Virus record (IMG/VR): IMGVR_UViG_3300012346_000267
Location: 1 to 55,952 of that record
From: a virus
Taxonomy: Duplodnaviria; Caudoviricetes
Length of the DNA: 55,952 nt
Reading direction: 5' to 3' (one strand)
The position numbers were made by a program, and so were the translations under genes. The notes under the pieces were generated by a model. The model had not been told where the DNA came from and ran no database searches. It was given only the letters and a program-made list of their open reading frames with translations. This document shows, one piece after another, positions 28,975 to 37,557 of the stretch; the first letter of the stretch is position 1, and each line of letters opens with the position of its first letter.

Positions 28975-29739
28975 ATGGGAAAGATTTTTACTACATCCTT
29001 CGAGGATATAGCAGAGTTCACAAGTCGTGGTTATTATATTGAAGGAGGTAGCTCCTATGATTCAGGCCAAGCACTAACTCCAGAGAATAAGGTCGATGGG
29101 TTAGTAAGTAATAAAGCATGGCCATTGTTCGCTAGAGCATTGGACAATGATGGTGAAGGTATTCTATACAAACCTCACCGAGCCTACCCAACGGTACAAA
29201 TGTTTAAGGACTCTGGAGGTACTGGAACTTTTGTCGGGCCTTGTTTATTGTCTATGTATGTACACCTTGACATGACTCTGAAGGACAGGACTGGTATTGA
29301 CGATTGGTTATCATTAGTTACACTTTGTTGCGACCCTTCAGTTAATTGGTCACGAACTGTATTATGTAATCTTACTACTGATGGTTACCTAAGATTAGTA
29401 CATGTACCTACTCAAGGTCTACAAGTTCACACCTACCAAATGAATAGCAGTATAGATGTTAACAGAATCTACCGATGCCCTCAGAAAACCTGGTTCCGGC
29501 TGGATATGTATTGCGACTTTACAGTTACTACTGGGAAGGCGATTATATGGCAAGACGGTATCCGAGTTAGTGAAGCCCCAGTGACGGACGGAAACGGGAC
29601 ACTGGCCCAAGTACATTGTGGTCTATACTGCGCTGCAATGGTAGACCATGGGTATGTATATAATGACAAGTTGCGAATAATGGAAGTTGCTAATCAAGCC
29701 GAAGCAGAAAGTTTATTAGGAGTTGACTATGTGGTATAA
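28975..29739 (+). CDS. Concanavalin-like jelly-roll protein, possibly polysaccharide-lyase-like
   Basis: IFTTSFE N-terminus; TWFRLDMY...GKAIIWQDG and VYNDKLRI strands typical of LamG/PL jelly-roll folds. Confidence 0.5.
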   Translation: MGKIFTTSFEDIAEFTSRGYYIEGGSSYDSGQALTPENKVDGLVSNKAWPLFARALDNDGEGILYKPHRAYPTVQMFKDSGGTGTFVGPCLLSMYVHLDMTLKDRTGIDDWLSLVTLCCDPSVNWSRTVLCNLTTDGYLRLVHVPTQGLQVHTYQMNSSIDVNRIYRCPQKTWFRLDMYCDFTVTTGKAIIWQDGIRVSEAPVTDGNGTLAQVHCGLYCAAMVDHGYVYNDKLRIMEVANQAEAESLLGVDYVV

Positions 29740-29953
29740 GAAAGCAAAAGCAAAAGAAAAAGAAATAACTAAACACCAATTTATGAAGTTCTTTAGAGAC
29801 AATGATTGCCTTGCGGAACTTACTATTGATGAAAGAAAAGAATTGTTTAAGTACTCATTAGCAGGTTCAATGGATTTAACTAAGGAACTAATCAATGATG
29901 TATTGTCGGACTATGGCATTGATAGTATTAAGGTAGTCGATGTAGATGCTTGA
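29729..29953 (+). CDS. Hypothetical protein
   Basis: AGGAG RBS; overlaps the upstream gene end. Confidence 0.5.
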   Translation: MWYKKAKAKEKEITKHQFMKFFRDNDCLAELTIDERKELFKYSLAGSMDLTKELINDVLSDYGIDSIKVVDVDA

Positions 29954-29978
29954 CTTTGTACGGCGGTGGATATATATT
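29950..29978 (+). promoter_or_regulatory. Sigma70-type promoter for the lipase gene
   Basis: TTGACT-17 nt-TATATT. Confidence 0.6.
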
Positions 29979-30003
29979 AATAATAAATTAAAAAGGATTT
30001 ATT

Positions 30004-30678
30004 ATGAAAAAAATGACCGCCGTACAAACATTCTGGTCACTATGTGACCGGGCTTATAATGATAATAAGGTTACCAGTTTACATTGTGGAGCTACATTGT
30101 TAGGTACTATTCAAATAGACCATGATGTAATGATGTATTGGGAAGACCTTGATGGTGATCTTATTATGATATTTAGAGGTAGTGACGATTGGAAAGATTG
30201 GTTTAGTAATATTTTGCAGTGTGGTATATTTAGTGACTACCATGAGGACATGTATAATATTAGTAGTAAGTTTGTTAATAAGTTATTGTTTGAAGCGGGT
30301 GGTATTATTACTAAGTATTTAGAGCGAGGTAATAAGATTGGTTTTGGTGGACATAGTAGAGGTGCTTTGTTAGCAGTATACACAAGTAAAATGATATACG
30401 ATGTATATGGTGTTAGTATGTCATGTATAACCTTTGGCTGTCCTAATCAATACAGTAGTGAGTTAAGGAATAAGTATAACCTTACAATGATAGATTGTAC
30501 ACATGTTATTAATCCAGGTGATATAGTTTGTGATGTACCAGTATCATTAAAGAAGGCTGGCAAGGTATACATGTTGAAGCACAAAGGTTTTTGGGGCTTC
30601 AGATTTAGAATAATTGGTTTTAAAAGTTTGGCCCACTTGAGGGAGAGGTACTCTGTTAATTTGGGTCTAGTTGGTTGA
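30004..30678 (+). CDS. Class 3 lipase (alpha/beta hydrolase)
   Basis: IFRGSDDWKDW, GHSRGA nucleophile elbow, TFGCP, DIVCDVP and a late His. Confidence 0.85.
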   Translation: MKKMTAVQTFWSLCDRAYNDNKVTSLHCGATLLGTIQIDHDVMMYWEDLDGDLIMIFRGSDDWKDWFSNILQCGIFSDYHEDMYNISSKFVNKLLFEAGGIITKYLERGNKIGFGGHSRGALLAVYTSKMIYDVYGVSMSCITFGCPNQYSSELRNKYNLTMIDCTHVINPGDIVCDVPVSLKKAGKVYMLKHKGFWGFRFRIIGFKSLAHLRERYSVNLGLVG

Positions 30679-30682
30679 TTAT

Positions 30683-30735
30683 AGCTTCCTCAGGAGTTTT
30701 TTTTGGTTAGGGGTACATGTGAGTACCCCTTTTTT
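30683..30735 (+). terminator. Two tandem intrinsic terminators
   Basis: AGCTTCC-TCA-GGAGTT running into a T8 tract; AGGGGTAC-ATGTGA-GTACCCCT followed by a T tract. Confidence 0.8.
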
Positions 30736-31000
30736 ATTTAATCGGTTCTAGGGCGGTATGTGACGGTGGGTGCTGTTTTTAGCGAAATTTCCCATTAAGC
30801 GCAAATGTATAGTACATTATTAAATTTTTTAATATTAATATTATCTATTAATTTTAATATTAATATTATAAAATAAATAAATGATATATACAAGTGCGCT
30901 TTTTGGTAAATTATTGAAAAAAGGGCAATTCTGCGACGGTGTACATGTGTTGAGGTCGGACGGCTTTCGTGTTCATGCTTTTTTTCGATTTTTTGACCCC

Positions 31001-31029
31001 TTGACAAACAAGAGGTAAAAATGTATGCT
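31001..31029 (+). promoter_or_regulatory. Near-consensus sigma70 promoter
   Basis: TTGACA-17 nt-TATGCT. Confidence 0.7.
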
Positions 31030-31110
31030 ATTTACTATGTCACCTTCACCTCTCTATACATCCTACAAAAAACTCAGTCTATACATACGGCTCTATACAT
31101 GGGTCGCTTA

Positions 31111-31620
31111 TATGTATAGCCCTAAGACTTGGGTGACACTACATATACATACTAATGGTTACATACATATTGATAGTGAGTTAAGTATGTATACATTCCT
31201 AACCGCTTGGCTATGTATAGATACAGATGTATATATAGTTGAGGTTTATAATCATGTAACTAAATCTATGTATAGATTACCTAAAGAATTAATTAAGGTA
31301 GTATATGTATAGTACTGTAGCTTTACCTTATCCATATACATATCGAGTTCCCATTAGTGGTAATACTTATTACATTACTCCTTGGGTCACTTATAAAGTT
31401 ATCAATCCAAATCCAATCCATACATCCTCACAAACTGGAACCGTCCTATGTATAGAGAGCAAATGATGTATAGATCAGCGCGTATGTATAGATTGGAATC
31501 TATGTATAGATTGAGTCGATATATATCCCGGATCTATGTATATGGAGCTATGTATAGAGACCTATGTATAGACGGATGTATATGTCGCAAACTATATATA
31601 GAACCGGTATGTATATGGGC
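31111..31620 (+). repeat. Array of degenerate (C)TATGTATAGA repeats, densest at 31447-31620
   Basis: About 10 copies in 31447-31620 plus copies near 31111, 31211, 31266 and 31303; followed by A/T tracts at 31645-31705. Confidence 0.8.
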
Positions 31621-31715
31621 TACAACACTCTTTTACCCACAAGTAAAATTTTGAAAAAAACTCGAACCTCAAAAAAAATTTAGGAAAAAATTTTTAGAAA
31701 AATTTCGGAGCCAAC

Positions 31716-32273
31716 ATGTCACTAGGACACATATCAACAAAGAGAGTACCTCTCACATCATTAATACCAGCGGAGTACAATCCGCGAAGAATTAGTGACA
31801 AAGCAAAAAAAGGTTTATCAAATAGTATTACGCAGTTTGGTATACTTCAACCTATTGTATGGAACCAAAGAACAGGTCACATCATAGGTGGACATCAAAG
31901 GTATTATGACTTACTAGAAAGGGGTATTGCAGACACTGATGTGTTGGTAGTCAACTTTCCAATTGAGAAGGAAAAGGCCGCAAACATTGCCTTAAACCAC
32001 TCTGGTATATCTGGAGAGTATGATGAAGATAAGTTACAAGAACTTCTCCAAGACCTAGATCAACAATACATCGACGCTCTTAACTTTGATGAATTAAAAC
32101 TTCCTGAATGGGAAACATTACCAGAAGCACCAGTTGCAGATTTTGAAGAGAAGCCAACCACTATTACAATATCTATACCTCCTAGTGTTAAGTATATTAA
32201 AGATGAATTTATAGAAGTAATATCTGATTTAGTAAAACAACATTTCCCAGATAAAGGTATTAAAGTAGATTAA
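31716..32273 (+). CDS. ParB/Srx N-terminal-domain protein
   Basis: LIPAEYNPRRI, SITQFGILQPIVWN, IIGGHQR; GGAG RBS. Confidence 0.9.
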   Translation: MSLGHISTKRVPLTSLIPAEYNPRRISDKAKKGLSNSITQFGILQPIVWNQRTGHIIGGHQRYYDLLERGIADTDVLVVNFPIEKEKAANIALNHSGISGEYDEDKLQELLQDLDQQYIDALNFDELKLPEWETLPEAPVADFEEKPTTITISIPPSVKYIKDEFIEVISDLVKQHFPDKGIKVD

Positions 32274-32316
32274 TTAATATTAATATTAATATTAATCTAT
32301 ACATATAATCAATACT

Positions 32317-33240
32317 ATGCTAAACATACTAATGTCATACCATTACCTAAAGAAATGTACCGCGGTACAAAGGGAAGCACTATACGAAGAGATAAATAGT
32401 AATCGGTCAAGTAAAATTAGATTTTTAATGGACTCTGGTGCATACTCGGCTTTTAAAATTGGCGCACCGATTAAGTTAGAAGAGTATATATCTTTTATTA
32501 AGTCAATACCAAATTATAATAATCCTAATGTGGTATACGGTTATGTTGGTTTAGATGTCATTCAAAATAAAAATCAATCTAAAATAAATATTAATAAAAT
32601 GTTAGATGCAGGATTAAGGCCTGTGCCAGTATTAACAATAGATGAAGATATTAAAGAGGTGGAGTTCTTTAAAACCTTTACTGATTATGTTTGTGTCGCT
32701 GGCGGTATAGGTCAACCTATTCCTTTTGTTGCAAGTAGAATACAACAAGCAAAAAACATCTTAGGCCCGACTGGCAGAGTACATGGATTAGCTTTTGTAA
32801 AGACACCTACTATATATCAAATACCAGTGCATAGTGTTGATTCATCTTCATATACAGCAGGTAGGCAGTTTGGTAGCTTAGTTACTTTTGGAAGTAACAA
32901 AAGATTAAAACAAATTGAAAAGAACTCAATCGAATTTAATAATTTTAAAAGCAAGTTTAATTTAACTAACAAAGATTTAACTATAGAAAATGGAATTAGT
33001 AATCACGGCTTATATGGAATAATAACAATGACTGCTCATATTGAAATGATGCTATACATGCAAAAGCATTTAAATAAACAATACTTCTTAGCAGTGGCCA
33101 ATATTAAAGATATTTATATAATGAAACTAATACTACACAGCATTGAGAATAAACTACAAATTAATTTTTTAGACATAAAGGAAAGATACATGGATTGGAA
33201 AGATACATCTAAAAGCAGGAGCTTTGAATTATGTATTTAA
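32317..33240 (+). CDS. dpdA: DpdA-like DNA-guanine transglycosylase (TGT fold)
   Basis: FLMDSGAYSAF, LDVI, PVL, RVHGLA and SVDSSS motifs; sits within a que/folE cluster. Confidence 0.8.
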   Translation: MLNILMSYHYLKKCTAVQREALYEEINSNRSSKIRFLMDSGAYSAFKIGAPIKLEEYISFIKSIPNYNNPNVVYGYVGLDVIQNKNQSKININKMLDAGLRPVPVLTIDEDIKEVEFFKTFTDYVCVAGGIGQPIPFVASRIQQAKNILGPTGRVHGLAFVKTPTIYQIPVHSVDSSSYTAGRQFGSLVTFGSNKRLKQIEKNSIEFNNFKSKFNLTNKDLTIENGISNHGLYGIITMTAHIEMMLYMQKHLNKQYFLAVANIKDIYIMKLILHSIENKLQINFLDIKERYMDWKDTSKSRSFELCI

Positions 33241-33572
33241 TAAAAGCAAAGATTCAATTTGAAGGAACGCATTATTGGCCAGATGCTCCAGACGATGTAT
33301 GGTTCTTGAGAAACGAACACAGACACATCTTTACAGTAGTTGCTACTTTAAAAGTTGCGCATAGCAATAGAGATACAGAATTTATTCTGTTAGGTAAAGC
33401 TATTAAGGCATACATAGATACAAACTACTTTCAAAGAAACAATATAGTATTGTTACAACAAACTTCGTGCGAACACTTAGCATCAGTACTAGCCATTCAA
33501 TTTGATCTTGCAGAGTGCGAAGTTTACGAAGACATGGAGAACAGCGGAGTGTATATAAATGAAAATCTTTAA
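33231..33572 (+). CDS. QueD-paralogous T-fold protein, DpdL-like (putative CDG decarboxylase)
   Basis: FEGTHYWPDAP, LRNEHRHIF (LxxxHRHxF), SCEHLA and VYEDMENSG; a canonical QueD is present separately. Confidence 0.65.
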   Translation: MYLIKAKIQFEGTHYWPDAPDDVWFLRNEHRHIFTVVATLKVAHSNRDTEFILLGKAIKAYIDTNYFQRNNIVLLQQTSCEHLASVLAIQFDLAECEVYEDMENSGVYINENL

Positions 33573-34536
33573 TATTATTATTGAGCCACTAGAGGAAAGG
33601 TATTCTATACAATGGGCAAAATGGTGGCAAAACGAATTTCGTAACCAGCACATTGAATCAATAATCATTAAAGGAGATGTATTAACTTCTAAAGTAGAAA
33701 CTGGTTCATTCTTAGATTGTCATGGAACTATATATTGGAAGTCAGAACAATTAAAAACAATATCACAGTATTTAAAAGACAAAATAATTAAAGACGGTGA
33801 TGTATTGTTCTTCCACGATTTGTGGTTTCCTGGGATAGAGGGATTGGCATATATACGAGACATCTCAGGAGTTGACTTTAAGATAGCAGGATACTTACAT
33901 GCAGGATCGTATGATCCAGCAGATTTGTTAAGCCAGTTAAACATGCAAAGATGGGTTAGAGGTTGTGAGGTTAGTTGGTTAAGACTTATCGATTATGTAT
34001 TTGTAGGCTCTTACTATCATAAGCAGTTATTAATAGATATATGCCCACTAGCTACAAATAAAATTTTTCCAATAGGGTATCCAGTACTAAAAGAAGATTT
34101 TTTTATTGAAAGTATTAAACAAAAAGTAGTAGTGTTCCCTCATAGATTAAACATTGAAAAGCATCCAGACCTTTTTGACCTGTTAGCGTGCAAACTAAAA
34201 GATGAAGCAGTATTTGTAAAAACAAAAGATGTATGCAAAACAAAGAATGAGTATTACCGACTACTAGCAAAAGCTAAAGTGTCAGTGTCATTCGCAGAGC
34301 AAGAAACTTTCGGTATAGCTATGGTAGAGTCTGCCTTAATGGGGTGCATACCAATTACACCTAACAAACTATCATATATAGACACTATGCCTTCAGAATG
34401 GCAATACGACTCTTTTAATAAATGTATAGAGCTGGTAAGAAAAGCATTAAATACTGAGAACTATGTATATCATAAAGAACTAGATTATCACCCTTCAACA
34501 ATAGTAGCAAAAGTCTTAAAGGAAATAGCAGCATGA
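33559..34536 (+). CDS. GT-B (GT4-like) glycosyltransferase
   Basis: VVFPHRLNIEKHP and QETFGIAMVE (ExFG-x4-E) motifs. Confidence 0.85.
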   Translation: MKIFNIIIEPLEERYSIQWAKWWQNEFRNQHIESIIIKGDVLTSKVETGSFLDCHGTIYWKSEQLKTISQYLKDKIIKDGDVLFFHDLWFPGIEGLAYIRDISGVDFKIAGYLHAGSYDPADLLSQLNMQRWVRGCEVSWLRLIDYVFVGSYYHKQLLIDICPLATNKIFPIGYPVLKEDFFIESIKQKVVVFPHRLNIEKHPDLFDLLACKLKDEAVFVKTKDVCKTKNEYYRLLAKAKVSVSFAEQETFGIAMVESALMGCIPITPNKLSYIDTMPSEWQYDSFNKCIELVRKALNTENYVYHKELDYHPSTIVAKVLKEIAA

Positions 34537-34961
34537 GTAAACCAAATTTAAAAGTATGGAAGTCTTGGGTTGGTGTAGAGGCAGAAGGTAACTTGGTCGG
34601 TGCTAACACCGTCTTTGTTATTAGTAATGATGCTAACCCGTTAAAGTTAGTTCAAGCTAAACACTTATATGTATGCCCAGAGGTTACTGAACTAAGTAAA
34701 ATAAAGAAGTGGTGTAAAGTGGTTAAGCCTTACATACTAACTTTGTCTTTACCTATTAACGAAAGAACTGACTTTGCAAAAAAAGTTAGAGCTGTTTGCA
34801 ACAAAAATAAAATTAAATTTAACTACCAAGTATTTATTAAATATACAGGTATACGCCCTAATACCGTTAGACTTGATTGGAAACCTTTTGAAAATGAGAG
34901 TTATGCTTGTGTCAGGAACACAACTATACATGATTATAAAAACGACAGGAGATTAGAATGA
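34533..34961 (+). CDS. Uncharacterised protein in the deazaguanine cluster with a QueE-like N-terminus
   Basis: GVEAEGNLVGANTVFV aligns by eye with Que[17 protein letters not shown]; no CxxC radical-SAM motif. Confidence 0.6.
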   Translation: MSKPNLKVWKSWVGVEAEGNLVGANTVFVISNDANPLKLVQAKHLYVCPEVTELSKIKKWCKVVKPYILTLSLPINERTDFAKKVRAVCNKNKIKFNYQVFIKYTGIRPNTVRLDWKPFENESYACVRNTTIHDYKNDRRLE

Positions 34962-35395
34962 GTAATACATATACAGCAGTAAGACGATTACAATTTTGTG
35001 CTGGTCACAGAGTATACAAGCACGAAAGTAAATGTGCAAACTTGCATGGGCACAACTATGTTGTTTATATACATGCCAGACCAAAACCACACTATTCATT
35101 GGACGAAATAGGTAGGGTCATTGATTTCTCTGAGTTGAAACAAAAGGTAGGTAGTTGGATAGATACATACTGGGATCACGGGTTTATATACTACTCTGAA
35201 GACCCAGAATTAAAATTGATACATCATACCTTCGACGACAAGAAGTTTTATGTATTGCCCACTAATCCTACTGCTGAAAACATGTCATCATATTTGTTAG
35301 ATGTATGTGAAATGTTATTTAAAGATAGTGACATAGAAGTTTTTAAAATTGTTTTATGGGAAACAGAAAATTGTTTTGCGGAGGTTGAAAAATGA
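34958..35395 (+). CDS. queD: 6-carboxy-5,6,7,8-tetrahydropterin synthase
   Basis: FCAGHR, CANLHGHNY, IDFSELK, WDH, NPTAEN, WETEN. Confidence 0.95.
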   Translation: MSNTYTAVRRLQFCAGHRVYKHESKCANLHGHNYVVYIHARPKPHYSLDEIGRVIDFSELKQKVGSWIDTYWDHGFIYYSEDPELKLIHHTFDDKKFYVLPTNPTAENMSSYLLDVCEMLFKDSDIEVFKIVLWETENCFAEVEK

Positions 35396-36027
35396 AAGTG
35401 AAAGAAGTGTTCGGAGTAACTATACAAGGTGAAGGTACATACGCTGGGCATCCAGCTATCTTTGTTAGGTTCAGTACATGCAACATGTGGTCAGGTAAAG
35501 AGGCTGACAAGGCTACTAGCTTTTGTCCTTTTTGCGACACTAACTTTTATGGTGGTACTGAATACCCACCTCAAACTATATATGAGAAGATTACTGAAAT
35601 AAGTAATGACATTCCATACATAGTAGTGCTGTCGGGTGGTGAGCCTTTACTTCAGAGAACTGAGGAACTATTAGATTTAGTGAAACTATTAGCTAGTGCT
35701 AATTATCCTATACATATAGAGACTAATGGTACTATTAAAATACATAAAGACTTAAAGTCGTATATAGACCATGTGACATGTAGTCCTAAATTACCACTTG
35801 AGAAATGTAAAATAGATTGGAGGGATGTAGATGCCTTGAAACTATTGTATCCTCATACCGATACATTGATTACTCCAGAAGCGTTTGATAACTTGCCAAT
35901 ATTCTATAAGTATTTGCAACCATTAGATAATGAAAAGAATATGTACATTGCTTCTAAGAAAGTAAAAGAGTTAGGCAATGGGTGGGCTATATCTTTACAA
36001 CTACACAAATTTTTAAAAGAAAGGTAA
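35392..36027 (+). CDS. queE: 7-carboxy-7-deazaguanine synthase (radical SAM, CX14CX2C type)
   Basis: TIQGEG, FVRFSTC-X14-CPFCDT, SGGEP, IETNGT, SPK, SLQLHK. Confidence 0.95.
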   Translation: MKVKEVFGVTIQGEGTYAGHPAIFVRFSTCNMWSGKEADKATSFCPFCDTNFYGGTEYPPQTIYEKITEISNDIPYIVVLSGGEPLLQRTEELLDLVKLLASANYPIHIETNGTIKIHKDLKSYIDHVTCSPKLPLEKCKIDWRDVDALKLLYPHTDTLITPEAFDNLPIFYKYLQPLDNEKNMYIASKKVKELGNGWAISLQLHKFLKER

Positions 36028-36032
36028 TATAC

Positions 36033-36875
36033 ATGAGACACTTAACTCACGAAACAGTAATGGAAACAATAAGGAAAAATTTTCCTTCTGAGTTCTATAC
36101 AAAGAAAGTCTTTGGAGTACCTAGAGGTGGATACTACATTGCCCAATGTATACAAACACTCGGACTAGCTGAACAAGTTGGTGACCCTGCACAAGCGGAC
36201 TTAATAGTGGACGACATTATTGATTCTGGTAATACTGCTCGCAAATACATAGAACAAGGATATAAGTTTTGGGTTCCATTTGTTAATGATGTGAATGAAT
36301 GGGTAGTGTTTCCTTGGGAGGTATCTGCTGAAGTAGATCAGGAAGATATTATTACTAGATACATACAAGCAATTGGTGACGACCCGAATAGAGAAGGTTT
36401 ACTTGAAACACCAAGGAGAGTAGTAAAAAGCTGGAGGGAGTTGTATAGTGGATACACTAAAGACCCTAAAGATATACTCGGTAAAGTGTTTGCATCAGAT
36501 ACTGACACCATGGTTATATGTAAAGACATAGAGTTTTTTTCCACTTGTGAACATCACATGATTCCTTTCCATGGAAAAGTGCATATTGGATACATACCTA
36601 GTGGGCATGTAGTTGGTCTGTCTAAACTAGCAAGGTTGGTTGAGATATATGCAAGACGATTACAAATACAAGAGAACATGACAGATCAAATTGCAAAAGC
36701 AATAATGGAGCATGTTCCTGGATGTAAAGGAGTGATGGTAGTAGTTAATGCTAGGCATCTATGTATGTGTGCAAGAGGTGTTGGTAAACAACATAGTTCA
36801 ATGACTACTTCTTCTATACAAGGTATGTTTAAAGAGCAAGTAGTACGGGCTGAATTTTTATCATTGGTGAGCTAG
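36033..36875 (+). CDS. folE: Type I phosphoribosyltransferase domain fused to GTP cyclohydrolase I
   Basis: N-terminal [18 protein letters not shown] and WVVFPWE (Gpt-like PRTase); C-terminal [28 protein letters not shown] and HLCMCARG (FolE). Confidence 0.92.
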   Translation: MRHLTHETVMETIRKNFPSEFYTKKVFGVPRGGYYIAQCIQTLGLAEQVGDPAQADLIVDDIIDSGNTARKYIEQGYKFWVPFVNDVNEWVVFPWEVSAEVDQEDIITRYIQAIGDDPNREGLLETPRRVVKSWRELYSGYTKDPKDILGKVFASDTDTMVICKDIEFFSTCEHHMIPFHGKVHIGYIPSGHVVGLSKLARLVEIYARRLQIQENMTDQIAKAIMEHVPGCKGVMVVVNARHLCMCARGVGKQHSSMTTSSIQGMFKEQVVRAEFLSLVS

Positions 36876-36876
36876 T

Positions 36877-37515
36877 ATGGAAGAAGATCAAGAAGAAGAA
36901 GCTGAGTATACTGAAGTAGAGTATACTAAAGCCTACGAAGATGAACCTATAGTACCTACTAAGGATGTAGATACATCTGTCCTAACTCCTGAAGATATTA
37001 ACCAATTACCTATTGAAAATACCGCTCTATACTATCCACATGAGAATGAGCAAGCCTTAGTTGGCTTTGCTCCACTTATAGTCGAGGAAATGTTAAAGCA
37101 TGTAACCTTAGGATGTAACTTAACCGATATAGCGAACATTGTAAGACTACCACCAGCCAGAGTTCGCAATTGGTATGATACTAACTATTGTAATTTTAAG
37201 TATGCAGTTGACTATAGTATGGCAGACCATAAAAGAAGATTGCTACAGAAGCTAGTAACTGCCGACGATGGTTTAAAAATAAAAGCATCTCAATTCTTAT
37301 TAGAACGAAAGTATAGGGATGAATATGGTAAAGAAATAAGAATAGATGTTAACCATGTAATGATAGACAATATAACTAGAGTTGTATTTGAGACAGCAGT
37401 TAAGTATATTAAAGATACCGATATATTGAAACTATTTGTTAATGACCTATCAGAACAATTAGCAATGATACGGCCTTCGGCTGGTATAGAGACTGGTCAA
37501 AGGCTTTCAACATAA
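36877..37515 (+). CDS. Putative terminase small subunit
   Basis: HTH-like segment and ASQFLLERKYRDEYG motif; lies upstream of TerL. Confidence 0.6.
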   Translation: MEEDQEEEAEYTEVEYTKAYEDEPIVPTKDVDTSVLTPEDINQLPIENTALYYPHENEQALVGFAPLIVEEMLKHVTLGCNLTDIANIVRLPPARVRNWYDTNYCNFKYAVDYSMADHKRRLLQKLVTADDGLKIKASQFLLERKYRDEYGKEIRIDVNHVMIDNITRVVFETAVKYIKDTDILKLFVNDLSEQLAMIRPSAGIETGQRLST

Positions 37516-37544
37516 TTGAATTTTTAACCAAAAAGAATTATAAT
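37516..37544 (+). promoter_or_regulatory. Sigma70-type promoter
   Basis: TTGAAT-17 nt-TATAAT, followed by AAGGA RBS. Confidence 0.65.
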
Positions 37545-37557
37545 AAGGAAATAAACT

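Noticed and set aside
31448-31654. 68-aa ORF with MYR repeats, and the ORF at 31025..31312
   Set aside because: The repeats are the translation of the ATGTATAGA DNA array; no clear RBS, and the 31025 start overlaps the -10 box
32317-36875. Cluster as auxiliary queuosine tRNA or folate metabolism
   Set aside because: No QueC, QueF, QueA or tRNA genes; the TGT-fold protein lacks the CxCxxC zinc site of tRNA TGTs and has ParB and GT neighbours typical of DNA modification loci
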